A stretch of 64,000 bases of DNA from an uncultured Acidobacteriota bacterium (lineage in GTDB: Bacteria > Acidobacteriota > Thermoanaerobaculia > Multivoradales > JAHEKO01), in contig CAVPOX010000022.1 of assembly GCA_963707075.1 (NCBI GenBank), forward strand, positions 32,076 to 96,075, in the 5' to 3' direction. This document shows, in pieces, positions 20,366 to 30,134 of the stretch (position 1 is the stretch's first letter; each line of letters starts with the position of its first letter). The notes beneath the pieces were generated by a model. It ran no database searches and was not told where the DNA came from. It was given only the letters and a program-made list of their open reading frames with translations. A program made the position numbers and the translations under genes.

Positions 20366-22175
20366 CGGTAGCTCAAGCTGAGGCCGCCTATCAAGGTGAT
20401 GCCCGGCGCGGGAAAGCCGAGGGCTTCCTGATAGTCCTCGTCGGTAAGGTTCTCGACTCTCAAATAGGGAGCCAACCACTCGCGAGCCTGCCAACGACCC
20501 GCCAGATCGGTGCGAAGGTAGGCCTCGTTCATTTCTCGCTCAAAAGTGATGGAGTCGACGTCCTCGCGCTCCCCCACATACCTGGCTGTCACGTTGACCG
20601 TGAAATCGCCTGGCGAGTAGCTCACCACCAGATTGCTGCTCTCACGAGGCCGGCGCAGCAGCGGCGCGTCTGCATCCAGATCTTCTGCTCTCAGATAGGT
20701 GGCATTCCAGCGAGCTCTCCACCGGCCCCGACCGTATCCGACTTCGCCCTCGACACCTCGGGTACGTGCTCGACCGATATTGACATTGCGAAACTCGACA
20801 AAGTCGAAATCGATCAGATTCGCCAGACTATTGTCGAAACCGACCAGGCTGAAGATCCAGGCCTCGGTTTTGTGCTCCGCGCCCACTTCGAGGCTGGTGC
20901 TGGTCTCCGGCTCGAGCTCAGGATTCCCCGTCAAGCGGGAAATACAGCTCGCCTACCGAAGGAGCCGCAAAAGCCTCGCCATAGGAACCCCACACCCGCA
21001 CCGACTCGGTTGCCGACCACTGAAAACCGACGCGGGGACTCGTCTGGCCGCCGAATGCGTCGTTCTCGTCCCGCCGCAGACCCACATCGATCTGGACGTC
21101 ACCAAGAATGTAGTACAGCTCGGTAAAGACGGCCCAGTTGCTCTGGCCATCACCGTCGAGGTTGGTGCCAAAGACCGAGCGATCGGTCACCTCGGACTCG
21201 TCTCCCTCGGCGCCAAGGGCAATCCACGAGCCGGGCTTGGCAAACCGATAGCTACCTACCGCCCGGGCCTTGAAGACCCTCGACTCGGTGTCGGATGCGG
21301 TGAAACCGAAGGCATCGTCGGGATCGCGAAATGCGCTGTCATAGAAGACTCCGGACAGCTGGGCATCGACGTTCCAACGGTCGCTCTCGAAGCTGAATGG
21401 CAGACCTACCATTCGCTCTTCCCAGCTGATGCGTCGATTGGGTGACGGTGCCCCGCCGCTGTACGCGATACCGGTGTCGGCGTCGAGGCCCCGCAACGCC
21501 AGGCCGAGACTCATTCCGGGCTTGAATCCCCAGTCAGCTCGCAGCAGCAGCTCATCGCTGGCGAAAGTCGTCGTTGTCGATCTGACCATCACCCCGACGC
21601 ATGTGACCTGCCAGATCGAGCTGCACAGGACCCGCCTGGGCACCTGCCGTGAGGCCACCCCGGGCGTAGCCGTTCTCACCTGCCTCGAGGTTCAGCTGGG
21701 CTCCCTGGCTTCGGCTGGAGACGACCTGGACCACACCACCGATGGCATCACCACCGTACAGCGAGCTGAAGGGCCCCCGAATGACCTCAACTCGTTCCAC
21801 TCCATCGGTTGCCAGAAAACCCCAGTTGAAGCCGCCAAAGTAGGGATCGTTGAGCTCGATACCATTCCACAGCGCCAGGGTGTGATTGGATTCCGTACCG
21901 CGAGTGAACAAGGAGGTGACCTGCCCGGGTGAGCCCGAACGCACCACGGACATGGAAGGCAGTGTGGCGAGAAGATCGAGCACGGCCGTCGCCTGACGGG
22001 CCTCGATCTCTTGCGCTTCGACAACGTCGACCGTCGCCGGCAGGGCGTCTTCACTCTCCTGAGCGAGCGACGCTGTCACGACGATGCTGTCACCAAAACT
22101 ACGGGGCGGAGCAGTCTGAGACTGAGCCGGAATCACGCCCCCGAGGATTCCGACCCACACCAGGCACCAACGCAT
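20362..22175 (-). CDS. btuB: TonB-dependent cobalamin receptor, interrupted by two single-base frameshifts
   Basis: Three consecutive ORF fragments give the TonB box DSIVVTAS, plug motifs (RGTESNHTL, ERVEVIRGPFSSLYGGDAIGGVV) and the barrel (GNPELEPE, RVENLTDEDY). Shifts are near 21565 and 20935. Confidence 0.85.
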
Positions 22176-22321
22176 TGTGTGGCCTCCAAAAAGCACGACG
22201 CCCCGACTCCGGGATGGGGGAATAGGGGCGTCATCAGCACACCGCGTCCTGGTCCCCTCACCCCGGGGAACGCCTGCGTGGAGCATCGCTCCGGCACGCA
22301 GCCGATCAAAGGCGTCTTGCG

Positions 22322-22550
22322 CAGCAGCAGGTCTCCTGGCTTCCGGTTCCTCCTACTCCCGGTCCTTCCCACGCGGTCGACAAACCGAGCACCTCTGTCT
22401 CAGAAGTGCCCGGCAATCGAGCTCGCGCAGTGGATTCCTCCGGTTTCGTCCCCGGTCACAGTGGCGGGGGCCGCGCCGGCATTGCACCGGCTTCCCTCTA
22501 GGTGGCTACAGCCCTCAGATTCGGACTGCCCACAACCGCTACGCTTCAGG
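22322..22550 (-). ncRNA. Cobalamin (AdoCbl) riboswitch
   Basis: Minus strand reads AGGGAAGCCGGTGCAATGCCGGCGCGGCCCCCGCCACTGTGA...CCACTG...TGGGAAGG...GGAAGCCAGGAGACCTGC (B12 box), directly upstream of btuB. Confidence 0.95.
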
Positions 22551-22628
22551 TTGTCAAAAAGAAACGGCCAGCGTCTCTCGTGGGTCGCTGGCCGTCAAAC
22601 ATCCGCAATGGATGGAATACTACACCTT

Positions 22629-23192
22629 TTAGTTCTCGCCGCCACCTCCGCCACCATCGCTACCCGGGAGCTGTCGTGGTGTTGGCGGTGGGGGCACGAA
22701 CACGGGTTGAGGTTGCTGCCCTGCCGGGCCGCCGGTGAAGTTGCTGGCACCGAACTCCCAGGTGGAGAGCCCGCCCTGGCCCGCATCCTCGGTGTTGACG
22801 AACTGCTGGACCGTATTGATGGGCCGGTCCCTGCGCAGGGAATCGAGATAGGCTTGAAACTGGGCATCGCCGCTCGGATCCATCTCCGTCGGTGCATCGT
22901 TGGGTGCCCAACCCAGGACGATGGTAGTCGTGTCGATCACCGTGCCAAAGCCCTTGGCCTGGGTGTCGGTGGTGACCGAGACGATGTCGTCCTTGTGCAG
23001 GGTGATGCGATTGCCAACGTCCGTCAGCATGATGACCTTGTTTTCATCCCACTCGGCAACTCTCGGCTGGTAGCGGGTATCGAATGAGTTTCCGTTCTTC
23101 AGCTCGACGCGAAACACCGCCGACATCGCCGGTGTGACCGCGAGAAGCGCCAGGGCGGCAACGATTGCAGTTGTGTGCTTGGACATCCTCAT
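22629..23192 (-). CDS. Secreted hypothetical protein with a Pro/Gly-rich tail
   Basis: Signal peptide (...TPAMS-A), a small beta domain (VELKNGN) and a low-complexity C-terminus; GGAGG upstream. Confidence 0.7.
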   Translation of the reverse strand: MRMSKHTTAIVAALALLAVTPAMSAVFRVELKNGNSFDTRYQPRVAEWDENKVIMLTDVGNRITLHKDDIVSVTTDTQAKGFGTVIDTTTIVLGWAPNDAPTEMDPSGDAQFQAYLDSLRRDRPINTVQQFVNTEDAGQGGLSTWEFGASNFTGGPAGQQPQPVFVPPPPTPRQLPGSDGGGGGGEN

Positions 23193-23274
23193 ACCCGCAC
23201 CTCCAGGAGCAGTTTGGCAGATTCTACCACTTGTCGGAAAAAGTGTAGCCTTTAAGCACCTTTACGCCAGTGAA

Positions 23275-24230
23275 CTACGTCACTCTGGAGGCTCCGAGCG
23301 AGCCCAGGGCGGCGAGGTTGCGACGCATGACCGACAGCCAATCACCGGAGTCGGGTCTGTTGCCACAGGGATCGTAGACAATGCTCGCGACGCCGAGATC
23401 GGCCAGGCGACTGGCCACCTCTGGAAGCGGCTCCCCCTCCCAGATCATCCACCTGGCCGGGTGGTCCTCCAGCACAGCCGTGAGCTCCTGCCATTGATCC
23501 TCCGAGACGGGCTCGCCGGGTTCCCAGTGCACCGAGCGCCCCTCGAGACCATAGCCTGCTTCGAGATACTGGTAGACCGGGTGGGAAAACAACAGAGGCT
23601 GATCGCCGATGGCTTGTGTGGCGGCTTCCAGTTCGACCTCGAGAGCCTGCAAATCGGCAATCAGCAAGTCGAGGTTCGCCTGAAACGGTGGCCTCGGATT
23701 CCGGCGCAGCGGCGACAAGGGCAGCGGCAATGGCGCCAGCCTGCTCCTGTGCGATGCGGAGATCGAGCCAGCTGGTGAAGGCGTACCCCTTGTGAGAGTG
23801 CTCACCTTCGGGCCCGTGGCTGTGCACCGCGCCCTCCGTCAAGGGAATTCGGCGGTCTCTGGTAGCCCACTGAAGTGTCGACCAGTTTCTTTGCGGGAAG
23901 CGTCGCCCGCTCCAGCCATTTTGCGTAGCCGAGGCCGTTGAGCAAGATCAAGTCGGCCTGCTGATAGGCGGCAATCTCCTCGGCGCCCGGCGCCCAGTAG
24001 GCCGGATCGACACCGCTCGGGGCCGGAAAGCTCACCTCGACCAGGTCACCTCCAATACGCTCGGCGAAGTACTGCAGGGGATAGTTCACCACGTAGATCG
24101 ACAGCGTCTCGGTGGCACTCGATTCTGTCGGCTGACTGGACAGCCCGGGGGAGCTGTTCCGATCCGACTCTGGACCACAGGCATACGCGACCACCGCACA
24201 CGCCAAGAGCAGAACTCGTGCTTTTCTCAT
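23275..24230 (-). CDS. Zn/Mn ABC substrate-binding lipoprotein (ZnuA/TroA family), two frameshifts
   Basis: Lipobox AYA-C, NYPLQYFAERIGG, ADLILLNG, His loop HSHGPEGEHSH, WLD and SHPVYQYL are spread over three frames (shifts near 23858 and 23685). Confidence 0.8.
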
Positions 24231-24287
24231 ACTCCTCGAAGTATAGGAGATGTCTCGTCCTCGCCAGTCGACTCGTTTCTGCAAGGG

Positions 24288-25031
24288 TCACGGTCGGCCG
24301 ATGAGCGTCCCATCCGGTCTGACAAAGCGTGCGCCCGGGTGCGATTCGGGAATGTGCTCCCGGGCGAGTCTTTCGGTGCCTTCGAGCGTCTCCCGGATCA
24401 CCAGCCTGCTGCCCAGCAGTTGCGCCAGGTTCATGAGACCCCCTGGCCTCGATCGTGTGGCGTACTCGACCAGGGTGCAGCTGTCCCCGAGCGGAATCAG
24501 CAACCAGGCTCCGCGGCTCTCCTCGATGGGCGCCAGATCCAGATCGACGAACGCGGCCGGCGGACCCGACTCTGCGTGGTTCTCCATCAGATCCCACCAG
24601 CGCAGTTCCCAGAGCAGTCCCTCGGAGGCTTCGAACAACGTCTGATTCATCACGACCTCGTCGATCCACCAGCGCCCGATCCCCGCGCGTTTGAAGTACT
24701 GGAAGAGCAGCCGCTGCTGACCCCGACTGGTTCCTCCGACCACTGCGGAGTGCTCGACCGGCAGGTATCCCCCCTCCGCATAGTGGTCTTCATCGTTGAT
24801 CGCCATCCACAGATCCTCGATTGGCAACGTCGAAATCAGTACGGCCTGACCCAGATTGCCATCGCGGTCGACGACTACCCTGCCGGGGTCCTTGGCCGCC
24901 TTCCTGTACAGAGACCACGGCGGCTCCTGGCCCAATTCTTCAGTACGGTAGGTAGCGAAGAGATTCAGCTGTCGCAGGCTGGCCTCGATGGCGTCCGGCG
25001 ACGGGCATTGGCTACTCGCCGCAGACCGCAC
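24288..25031 (-). CDS. Hypothetical protein, possibly START/SRPBCC-like; 5' end uncertain
   Basis: 247-aa ORF with ESRGAWLLIPLG...TLVEY...PGG, reminiscent of START-fold C-termini. A signal-like stretch (LVSILVMSAV) lies in another frame upstream. Confidence 0.5.
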   Translation of the reverse strand: MRSAASSQCPSPDAIEASLRQLNLFATYRTEELGQEPPWSLYRKAAKDPGRVVVDRDGNLGQAVLISTLPIEDLWMAINDEDHYAEGGYLPVEHSAVVGGTSRGQQRLLFQYFKRAGIGRWWIDEVVMNQTLFEASEGLLWELRWWDLMENHAESGPPAAFVDLDLAPIEESRGAWLLIPLGDSCTLVEYATRSRPGGLMNLAQLLGSRLVIRETLEGTERLAREHIPESHPGARFVRPDGTLIGRP

Positions 25032-25162
25032 TCATCACCAGGATCGACACCAGCCGGACAGCGGAAAGACTGCGGACACGGAGACCGGCCACCGCCGATC
25101 GAGCGAGGATGGCTCGTGTCCGCCCGACTCGACCGCAGGGGAGGGCCGCTGCGGCCTCCTGG

Positions 25163-26344
25163 CTACGTCAGTAACCACGTGCGTATCAACCCTGCGCCAA
25201 ACTGATGCGTCGCCAGCGTCAACACACCGGCGAGAATCACTCCCAGCACCACGACCGCTACCACCTCGGACACCAGAAGCGTGCCAATGGTCAGGCGGGA
25301 GCCGCCGATCTTGTGCATGGTCTCGATCTCGCGACGACGCAGCCGCAGGGAGAGCATGATGACGAGGGCGGCGGTTGCGAGGGTCGCAGCGGCGACGAGC
25401 AGAATCGCAGCGACGATGAACCCCTGGATGGTCAGGATGGTATCGAGCAACTCGTTCATCACCGAGGTGGGCTGGACGATCTGACTGGGATCGTCGTCAG
25501 CTTCGTAGCGACCCATCAGAATGGTGCCCGACTTCTGATCCTTCGGGTCGGCGATCACCGCACTGATCGGGTAATCGGACATGTCTCCATGGAAGTGAAA
25601 GCTGTCGACATTGTCGGCCGTGATTTCGTTGTACTGCACGACCGAAGCGTTGCCAACGATGGTGTCGCCTTCCCTCTTCAAGACGCCGGCGGCGGCTTCG
25701 GGCGCCGCCAGATCCTGATGCCCATGCACCAGGCCCTGAATGACCCAGGTGGTCTTGATGTCGACGAAGATCGCCTCGTCATCGACCGTGTAGCTGGGAG
25801 CGAGCACCCCGACCACACTCATCTTCAGCGGATAGACCCCGGCGAGATCGAAGACACTCTCGGGGGAGGACACGACGGTGTCCCCGACTCCCAGTCCGAG
25901 ACCCTCGGCGACACGCGAGCCCAGAACACACTCGCCGAGTACCGCCATCGGCCTCCCTTCGGCGAACTCGAGACCCCTGAAGCCAAAGTACTCCAGGGTC
26001 GTCCCGACAATGGGGCTCTCGCGGGAACGAAATCGCACATACAGGGGAATCGGAGTCGCCAACCCCGACTCGCCGACCCGCAGCGAGTCTGCGTAGGTGG
26101 TCAACTCTGGCTGGTTGGCATCGAAGTAGAGGGAGCTCAGGACCAGCTCCAGAGGGCTCCCCTTGGCGCCCACCAGTAATGGCGTCGCCTCGGCCCGAGA
26201 GGTCAGCTCCTCAGCACTCTGCCCCACAATGACGTTCAGCCCGACCGGCAGGAAGACGATCAACATGATCGACGCCACCAGGATCGCCGTCTTGATCTTG
26301 TGGTAGGCGAGATAGCGCCAGGCGAGATAGAGCACGTCGGTCAT
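25163..26344 (-). CDS. MacB/FtsX-type ABC permease (ZrgC-like)
   Basis: N-terminal TM, LLVGAKGSPLELVLSSLY, a periplasmic domain with VHGH, and LRRREIETMHKIG with C-terminal TMs. Confidence 0.8.
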   Translation of the reverse strand: MTDVLYLAWRYLAYHKIKTAILVASIMLIVFLPVGLNVIVGQSAEELTSRAEATPLLVGAKGSPLELVLSSLYFDANQPELTTYADSLRVGESGLATPIPLYVRFRSRESPIVGTTLEYFGFRGLEFAEGRPMAVLGECVLGSRVAEGLGLGVGDTVVSSPESVFDLAGVYPLKMSVVGVLAPSYTVDDEAIFVDIKTTWVIQGLVHGHQDLAAPEAAAGVLKREGDTIVGNASVVQYNEITADNVDSFHFHGDMSDYPISAVIADPKDQKSGTILMGRYEADDDPSQIVQPTSVMNELLDTILTIQGFIVAAILLVAAATLATAALVIMLSLRLRRREIETMHKIGGSRLTIGTLLVSEVVAVVVLGVILAGVLTLATHQFGAGLIRTWLLT

Positions 26345-27000
26345 AGGTCGTAGAACTGCTTGAAGTCGATCACCCGCTCGAACCGCGACAGGAGATCGTG
26401 ATCGTGGGTCACCGTGACCAGAGTGGCATCGTTGCGATCGACGTAGTCGAACAAAATGTCCAGAACGCGCCCTTTGTTGGTGGGATCGAGATTGCCCGTC
26501 GGCTCATCGGCCAGGATCAGTGGCGGCCGCGCCAACAACGCTCGACAGACCGACACCCGTTGCCGCTCACCTTGTGAGAGGTGATCGACATAGCGAGCGA
26601 GGTGGTTGCCGATTCCAACATCGCCCGCCAGCTCGGCAGCCCGTCCGCGGACATCCTTGTTCAACATGAGCGACCGGTTGATGCGATAGGGCAACAAGAT
26701 GTTGTCCAGAACGTTCAGATACTCCAGAAGCTCGAATTCCTGAAAGACCAGACCGATCTGACGAATGCGGAAGTCGCGCCGGGCGGAATCATCCAGAGCA
26801 CCGACATCGGTTCCCTGGGTAACGACCTCTCCCGACTGGGGTGTCCGAATCCCGGCGATGAGGTTGAGCAAGGTGGTCTTGCCCGATCCGCTCGGACCGA
26901 TGACCGCCACCTTCTCCCCCTTGCCGACAGTCAGCTCCGGGACGTGGAGAGCGAACTCCCCCTCCGCGTAGCGAAACCGTAGGTCTTTGATGGAGATCAT
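26341..27000 (-). CDS. ABC transporter ATP-binding protein (LolD/MacB-type)
   Basis: GPSGSGKTT, LSQGERQR, LADEPTGNLD and VTHD. Confidence 0.92.
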   Translation of the reverse strand: MISIKDLRFRYAEGEFALHVPELTVGKGEKVAVIGPSGSGKTTLLNLIAGIRTPQSGEVVTQGTDVGALDDSARRDFRIRQIGLVFQEFELLEYLNVLDNILLPYRINRSLMLNKDVRGRAAELAGDVGIGNHLARYVDHLSQGERQRVSVCRALLARPPLILADEPTGNLDPTNKGRVLDILFDYVDRNDATLVTVTHDHDLLSRFERVIDFKQFYDL

Positions 27001-27164
27001 GATCGGGCTCGTGCCCCGAAGGCTCTACTCTAGCGTGAGCAACAGCCCTCCTGAACCAGCTCGAGCGCTCCTGCGCCGCAGCTCGCGGCGGCGCAGCGGA
27101 CACCCACGGTGAAGACCCGGCTCAGCCGCGGGCACTGCCGCTGGGGGCGCGAGACCTTCGCTGC

Positions 27165-27749
27165 CTACTTGGTCTTGCGGACGTCGCCCAATTTGATCGG
27201 CTGGGAGGAGACGTTGGTCATTTCGATCTTCCCCTCCTGCTCGTTCCACTTGACCTCCGTACCGAGTGACAGAATGCCATCGCCCTTGCCGTTCTCATCC
27301 AGATTCAAGATGATGAGCGACACATCGAAATCTCCCAGCTGCGTCTGGTTGTACGCCTCCTGAAACGAAACCGGTCGATCGGTAGCCAGAATGATCTGTC
27401 GCTTGCCACCGCCCATATCGAAGGAACGGGCATACCGCAGTGGGTACCCCTGCTTCCCAGCAAAGAAAGCGTATCCAGCTTTCTCCTGCCCGCGCAGGGC
27501 CTGGGCAACCTTGCGGGCCTGGCGATTGTCCACGGTCGCGGCTTTGATGGCATCCAGGAGCTCACTGCGCTCTTCATCTGTCGACCAGCGGTAGATGTTG
27601 ATCTCCGCCATCGAGGCACCGCCCCCTGTTTGCACAATGGCGTTGGCCTTGTAGCTCTCGATACTCTTGTTTTTGTCCTTGGCCAGTGCCGGCATGCTCA
27701 CAATCGCCACTATCAGTACCACGATCATGATGACTGGGACTTTCTTCAT
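27165..27749 (-). CDS. Secreted hypothetical protein (paralog of 29403-30005)
   Basis: Signal peptide MKKVPVIMIVVLIVAIVSMPALA, with IILATDRPVSF and QPIKLGDVR motifs shared with the paralog. Confidence 0.75.
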   Translation of the reverse strand: MKKVPVIMIVVLIVAIVSMPALAKDKNKSIESYKANAIVQTGGGASMAEINIYRWSTDEERSELLDAIKAATVDNRQARKVAQALRGQEKAGYAFFAGKQGYPLRYARSFDMGGGKRQIILATDRPVSFQEAYNQTQLGDFDVSLIILNLDENGKGDGILSLGTEVKWNEQEGKIEMTNVSSQPIKLGDVRKTK

Positions 27750-27810
27750 GATTGCCTTCTTTCTCAGACTGTCCTGTTTCGGTGCTTTCAGGTCGGAGAC
27801 GCTGACCTGA

Positions 27811-28527
27811 TTAAGAGGATGGGTGAGGGTCCTCGACGACTTTGTAGACCAGGCCGTTACCGCTATAAAGCGCCAGATAGTAAGCATCGGGGGTCTGGAG
27901 GTACTGCTTCCCATTGACTGTCACCAGTTCGGCTCCATCCGGTGGAGTCCTGATCGTGATGCCGATGGGTGCAACTACCACTTCGAAGCCTGAGTCGGTG
28001 GCTGCATAGAACGTCCCTTTGTTGTAGTAGTAAAGCTGAGACGAGAGGTAGGCCGTCTCGTAGCCCAAGGGTAGCGAGGCTACAGTGGCTCCGGCAACCG
28101 CATTGCCTTTCTGGCGGGCAGTGGCCTGCGGGTCGTTTGCCCACCAATCGCTATTCCAGCTCGGACCGTCTGCCTTTGCCGAGCCTCGCGGCTTGTAGAC
28201 GCCGGTTCCGTCCTGGAGCTGCTCCGGCGGGCCTCCACCGGTGCCGCCATATCCCACCGGGGCGGAACTGCCACTGCTACGACCCGAGTCTCCACCCCCC
28301 GCAATCTCGGTAGGCCCAATCTGATACGGGTACCCATAGTACCCGCCACCGTAGTAGGGGGGGTTGACGACATGGCCAGCGCCCCCAATGCTGCCCCCGT
28401 TGAAGCCGCCACCGCCAAACACTCCACCGCCAGCATGGGCTCCTCCGCTGCCCTGGGCGAGAAGCGGCGTCTGGATCATCAGGCACACCCCTGCGATCAC
28501 ACACATGACAAGAAGCGACTTCCTCAT
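27811..28527 (-). CDS. DUF6515-like secreted Gly/Tyr-rich protein
   Basis: Signal peptide, Gly-rich region and repeated LPxGY...YYYxxGxFY...FEVVVAP modules; ATGA-coupled to the DUF2092 gene. Confidence 0.65.
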   Translation of the reverse strand: MRKSLLVMCVIAGVCLMIQTPLLAQGSGGAHAGGGVFGGGGFNGGSIGGAGHVVNPPYYGGGYYGYPYQIGPTEIAGGGDSGRSSGSSAPVGYGGTGGGPPEQLQDGTGVYKPRGSAKADGPSWNSDWWANDPQATARQKGNAVAGATVASLPLGYETAYLSSQLYYYNKGTFYAATDSGFEVVVAPIGITIRTPPDGAELVTVNGKQYLQTPDAYYLALYSGNGLVYKVVEDPHPSS

Positions 28528-29255
28528 GGCTGTACCCTTTCGAGGGACATGAACTCGACTCGGGTAGCTTCGCTCGGAATCTGCGGCTCGAAGGTGGAAT
28601 CGGGCAGACTCGGATTCAAATCCCAACCGTTCATGACGGCAATGAACTCGGGAGCCTGGGGCAGTTTCTTGTAGGTGATCACCAGTTGCCTGGGCAATCT
28701 TCTGTCCCCTTCCTCGATCCAGATCTGCCAATTGACGTCCTCTTGCCCCACGATCAGGTGATGACACGGTACGCCATTCACTTCGGAGACGCCGACATAC
28801 CGCTGCGCCTTCGCTCCGGCCATGAGCACCGAGTCGGGATCACTGCGGAGGAAATCGTCCAACGGCATCGACACCCCGTATCTTGCTGCAAACTGTTCGA
28901 AAGTTTCGTCGAGCGAAGCCGCGGCGGGTGCAGACGCCCAATGCGCCTGATCCGGTACGAGCACCGTGACTTCTTTGCCGTCGACCCAGACTTCTCTGGC
29001 TGTCAACTCATCCTGGTAGCTGACCCTCAGCCGACCCGGCCTCCGCATGGAGACTTCCATGGAGCCTCGATACTTCACCTTGACGTCGGGTAACGGGACG
29101 TCATCGAAGCCCAAGACCGCCGTAAAACGGAAACTCTCCAGGGATCCCAGCTGAGAGGACATCTGCCGAATCAGGTCTTCTGGGTCAGGGGGCTGTCCCT
29201 GCGCCGCCAGCGGGATTGCGAAGAGAAACAACAGAACTCCGAGTGCTCGACTCAT
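28524..29255 (-). CDS. DUF2092 family periplasmic protein (LolA-like fold)
   Basis: MSSQLGSLESFRF, RRPGRLRV, DGKEVT, CHHL...QEDVNWQIWIEEG...LPRQLVITYK...P. Confidence 0.85.
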   Translation of the reverse strand: MSRALGVLLFLFAIPLAAQGQPPDPEDLIRQMSSQLGSLESFRFTAVLGFDDVPLPDVKVKYRGSMEVSMRRPGRLRVSYQDELTAREVWVDGKEVTVLVPDQAHWASAPAAASLDETFEQFAARYGVSMPLDDFLRSDPDSVLMAGAKAQRYVGVSEVNGVPCHHLIVGQEDVNWQIWIEEGDRRLPRQLVITYKKLPQAPEFIAVMNGWDLNPSLPDSTFEPQIPSEATRVEFMSLERVQP

Positions 29256-29402
29256 CGCTCGCCCTTCATCTTTCAGGTCTTGTCCCCGGTAGAATTGGAC
29301 AGATTCACGACAATCCTACCCCAATCTCGAGAGAAGAACCACCAACCAGAGGCACACCGAAGTGCGTATCGCGATAGGGTATAACCAAAGCGGAGGGAAC
29401 CG

Positions 29403-30005
29403 ATGAAACCGACTTGCAGACTGACTTCACTCATTGGCTGGGCCCTGGTTCTGATCCTCGTCCTGGCAACAGCGCCCGCATTTGCGAAAAAGGAACCGAT
29501 CGAGAAGTACCAGGCCAACGCGTTGGCGATGGATGGCCCCGTCGGTTCGAGATCCACGACGCTCAGCATCAATATTTATGAGTGGTCCGACGAGGACGAC
29601 CGGGAGATGGTCGTCGACGCCATCAAGGAAGCCACGGACAACAAGCGCGCCTATCGCGCTGTCCCCGACACGCTCAGAAAGCTCGGCAAGGCCGGCTATA
29701 TGTTCCTGGCTGGCGGCCAGGGCTGGCCCATCCGCTACGCTCAGACTTTCGAGGTCGACGGCAAGCGGGAGATCGTGCTCGCTACGGACCGCCCCATCAC
29801 CTTCAGTGAGGTCTATGCGGGCTCGGCCGTGCGGGATTTCGACATTACCCTGATCGTGCTGAAGTTCGAAGGTGGCGCCACGACCGGTGAGGGCATTGCC
29901 TCGGTGGGAACCGAAATCAAGTGGAACGAAGCCAAGGGCCAGCTCGAGATCACCAATTTCTCATCGCAGCCCGTGCGCCTGGGTGACGTCCGAGCCGTCG
30001 AGTAG
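29403..30005 (+). CDS. Secreted hypothetical protein (paralog of 27165-27749)
   Basis: Signal peptide ending APAFA, IVLATDRPITF and QPVRLGDVR; GGAGG RBS. Confidence 0.75.
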   Translation: MKPTCRLTSLIGWALVLILVLATAPAFAKKEPIEKYQANALAMDGPVGSRSTTLSINIYEWSDEDDREMVVDAIKEATDNKRAYRAVPDTLRKLGKAGYMFLAGGQGWPIRYAQTFEVDGKREIVLATDRPITFSEVYAGSAVRDFDITLIVLKFEGGATTGEGIASVGTEIKWNEAKGQLEITNFSSQPVRLGDVRAVE

Positions 30006-30134
30006 TCGACGGTCCCGAGGGCTGACGAAGGAGAAGGAGTCGCGGCCAGAGAGTCCCGCCGCGACAAGAACGCGACACGCTGGCCGGCTATTGCCCAATC
30101 CTGAGGGAGTGGTCGGCCTCTGCGCCGGCCTTCT

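Noticed and set aside
20918-23860. Programmed frameshifting or phase variation in btuB and the ZnuA-like gene
   Set aside because: There are no slippery heptamers or long homopolymer tracts at the shift sites; multiple independent indels fit sequencing error better.
28180-28450. Gly-codon low-complexity stretch resembling a tandem repeat
   Set aside because: It is explained by the Gly/Tyr-rich coding sequence of the DUF6515-like protein.
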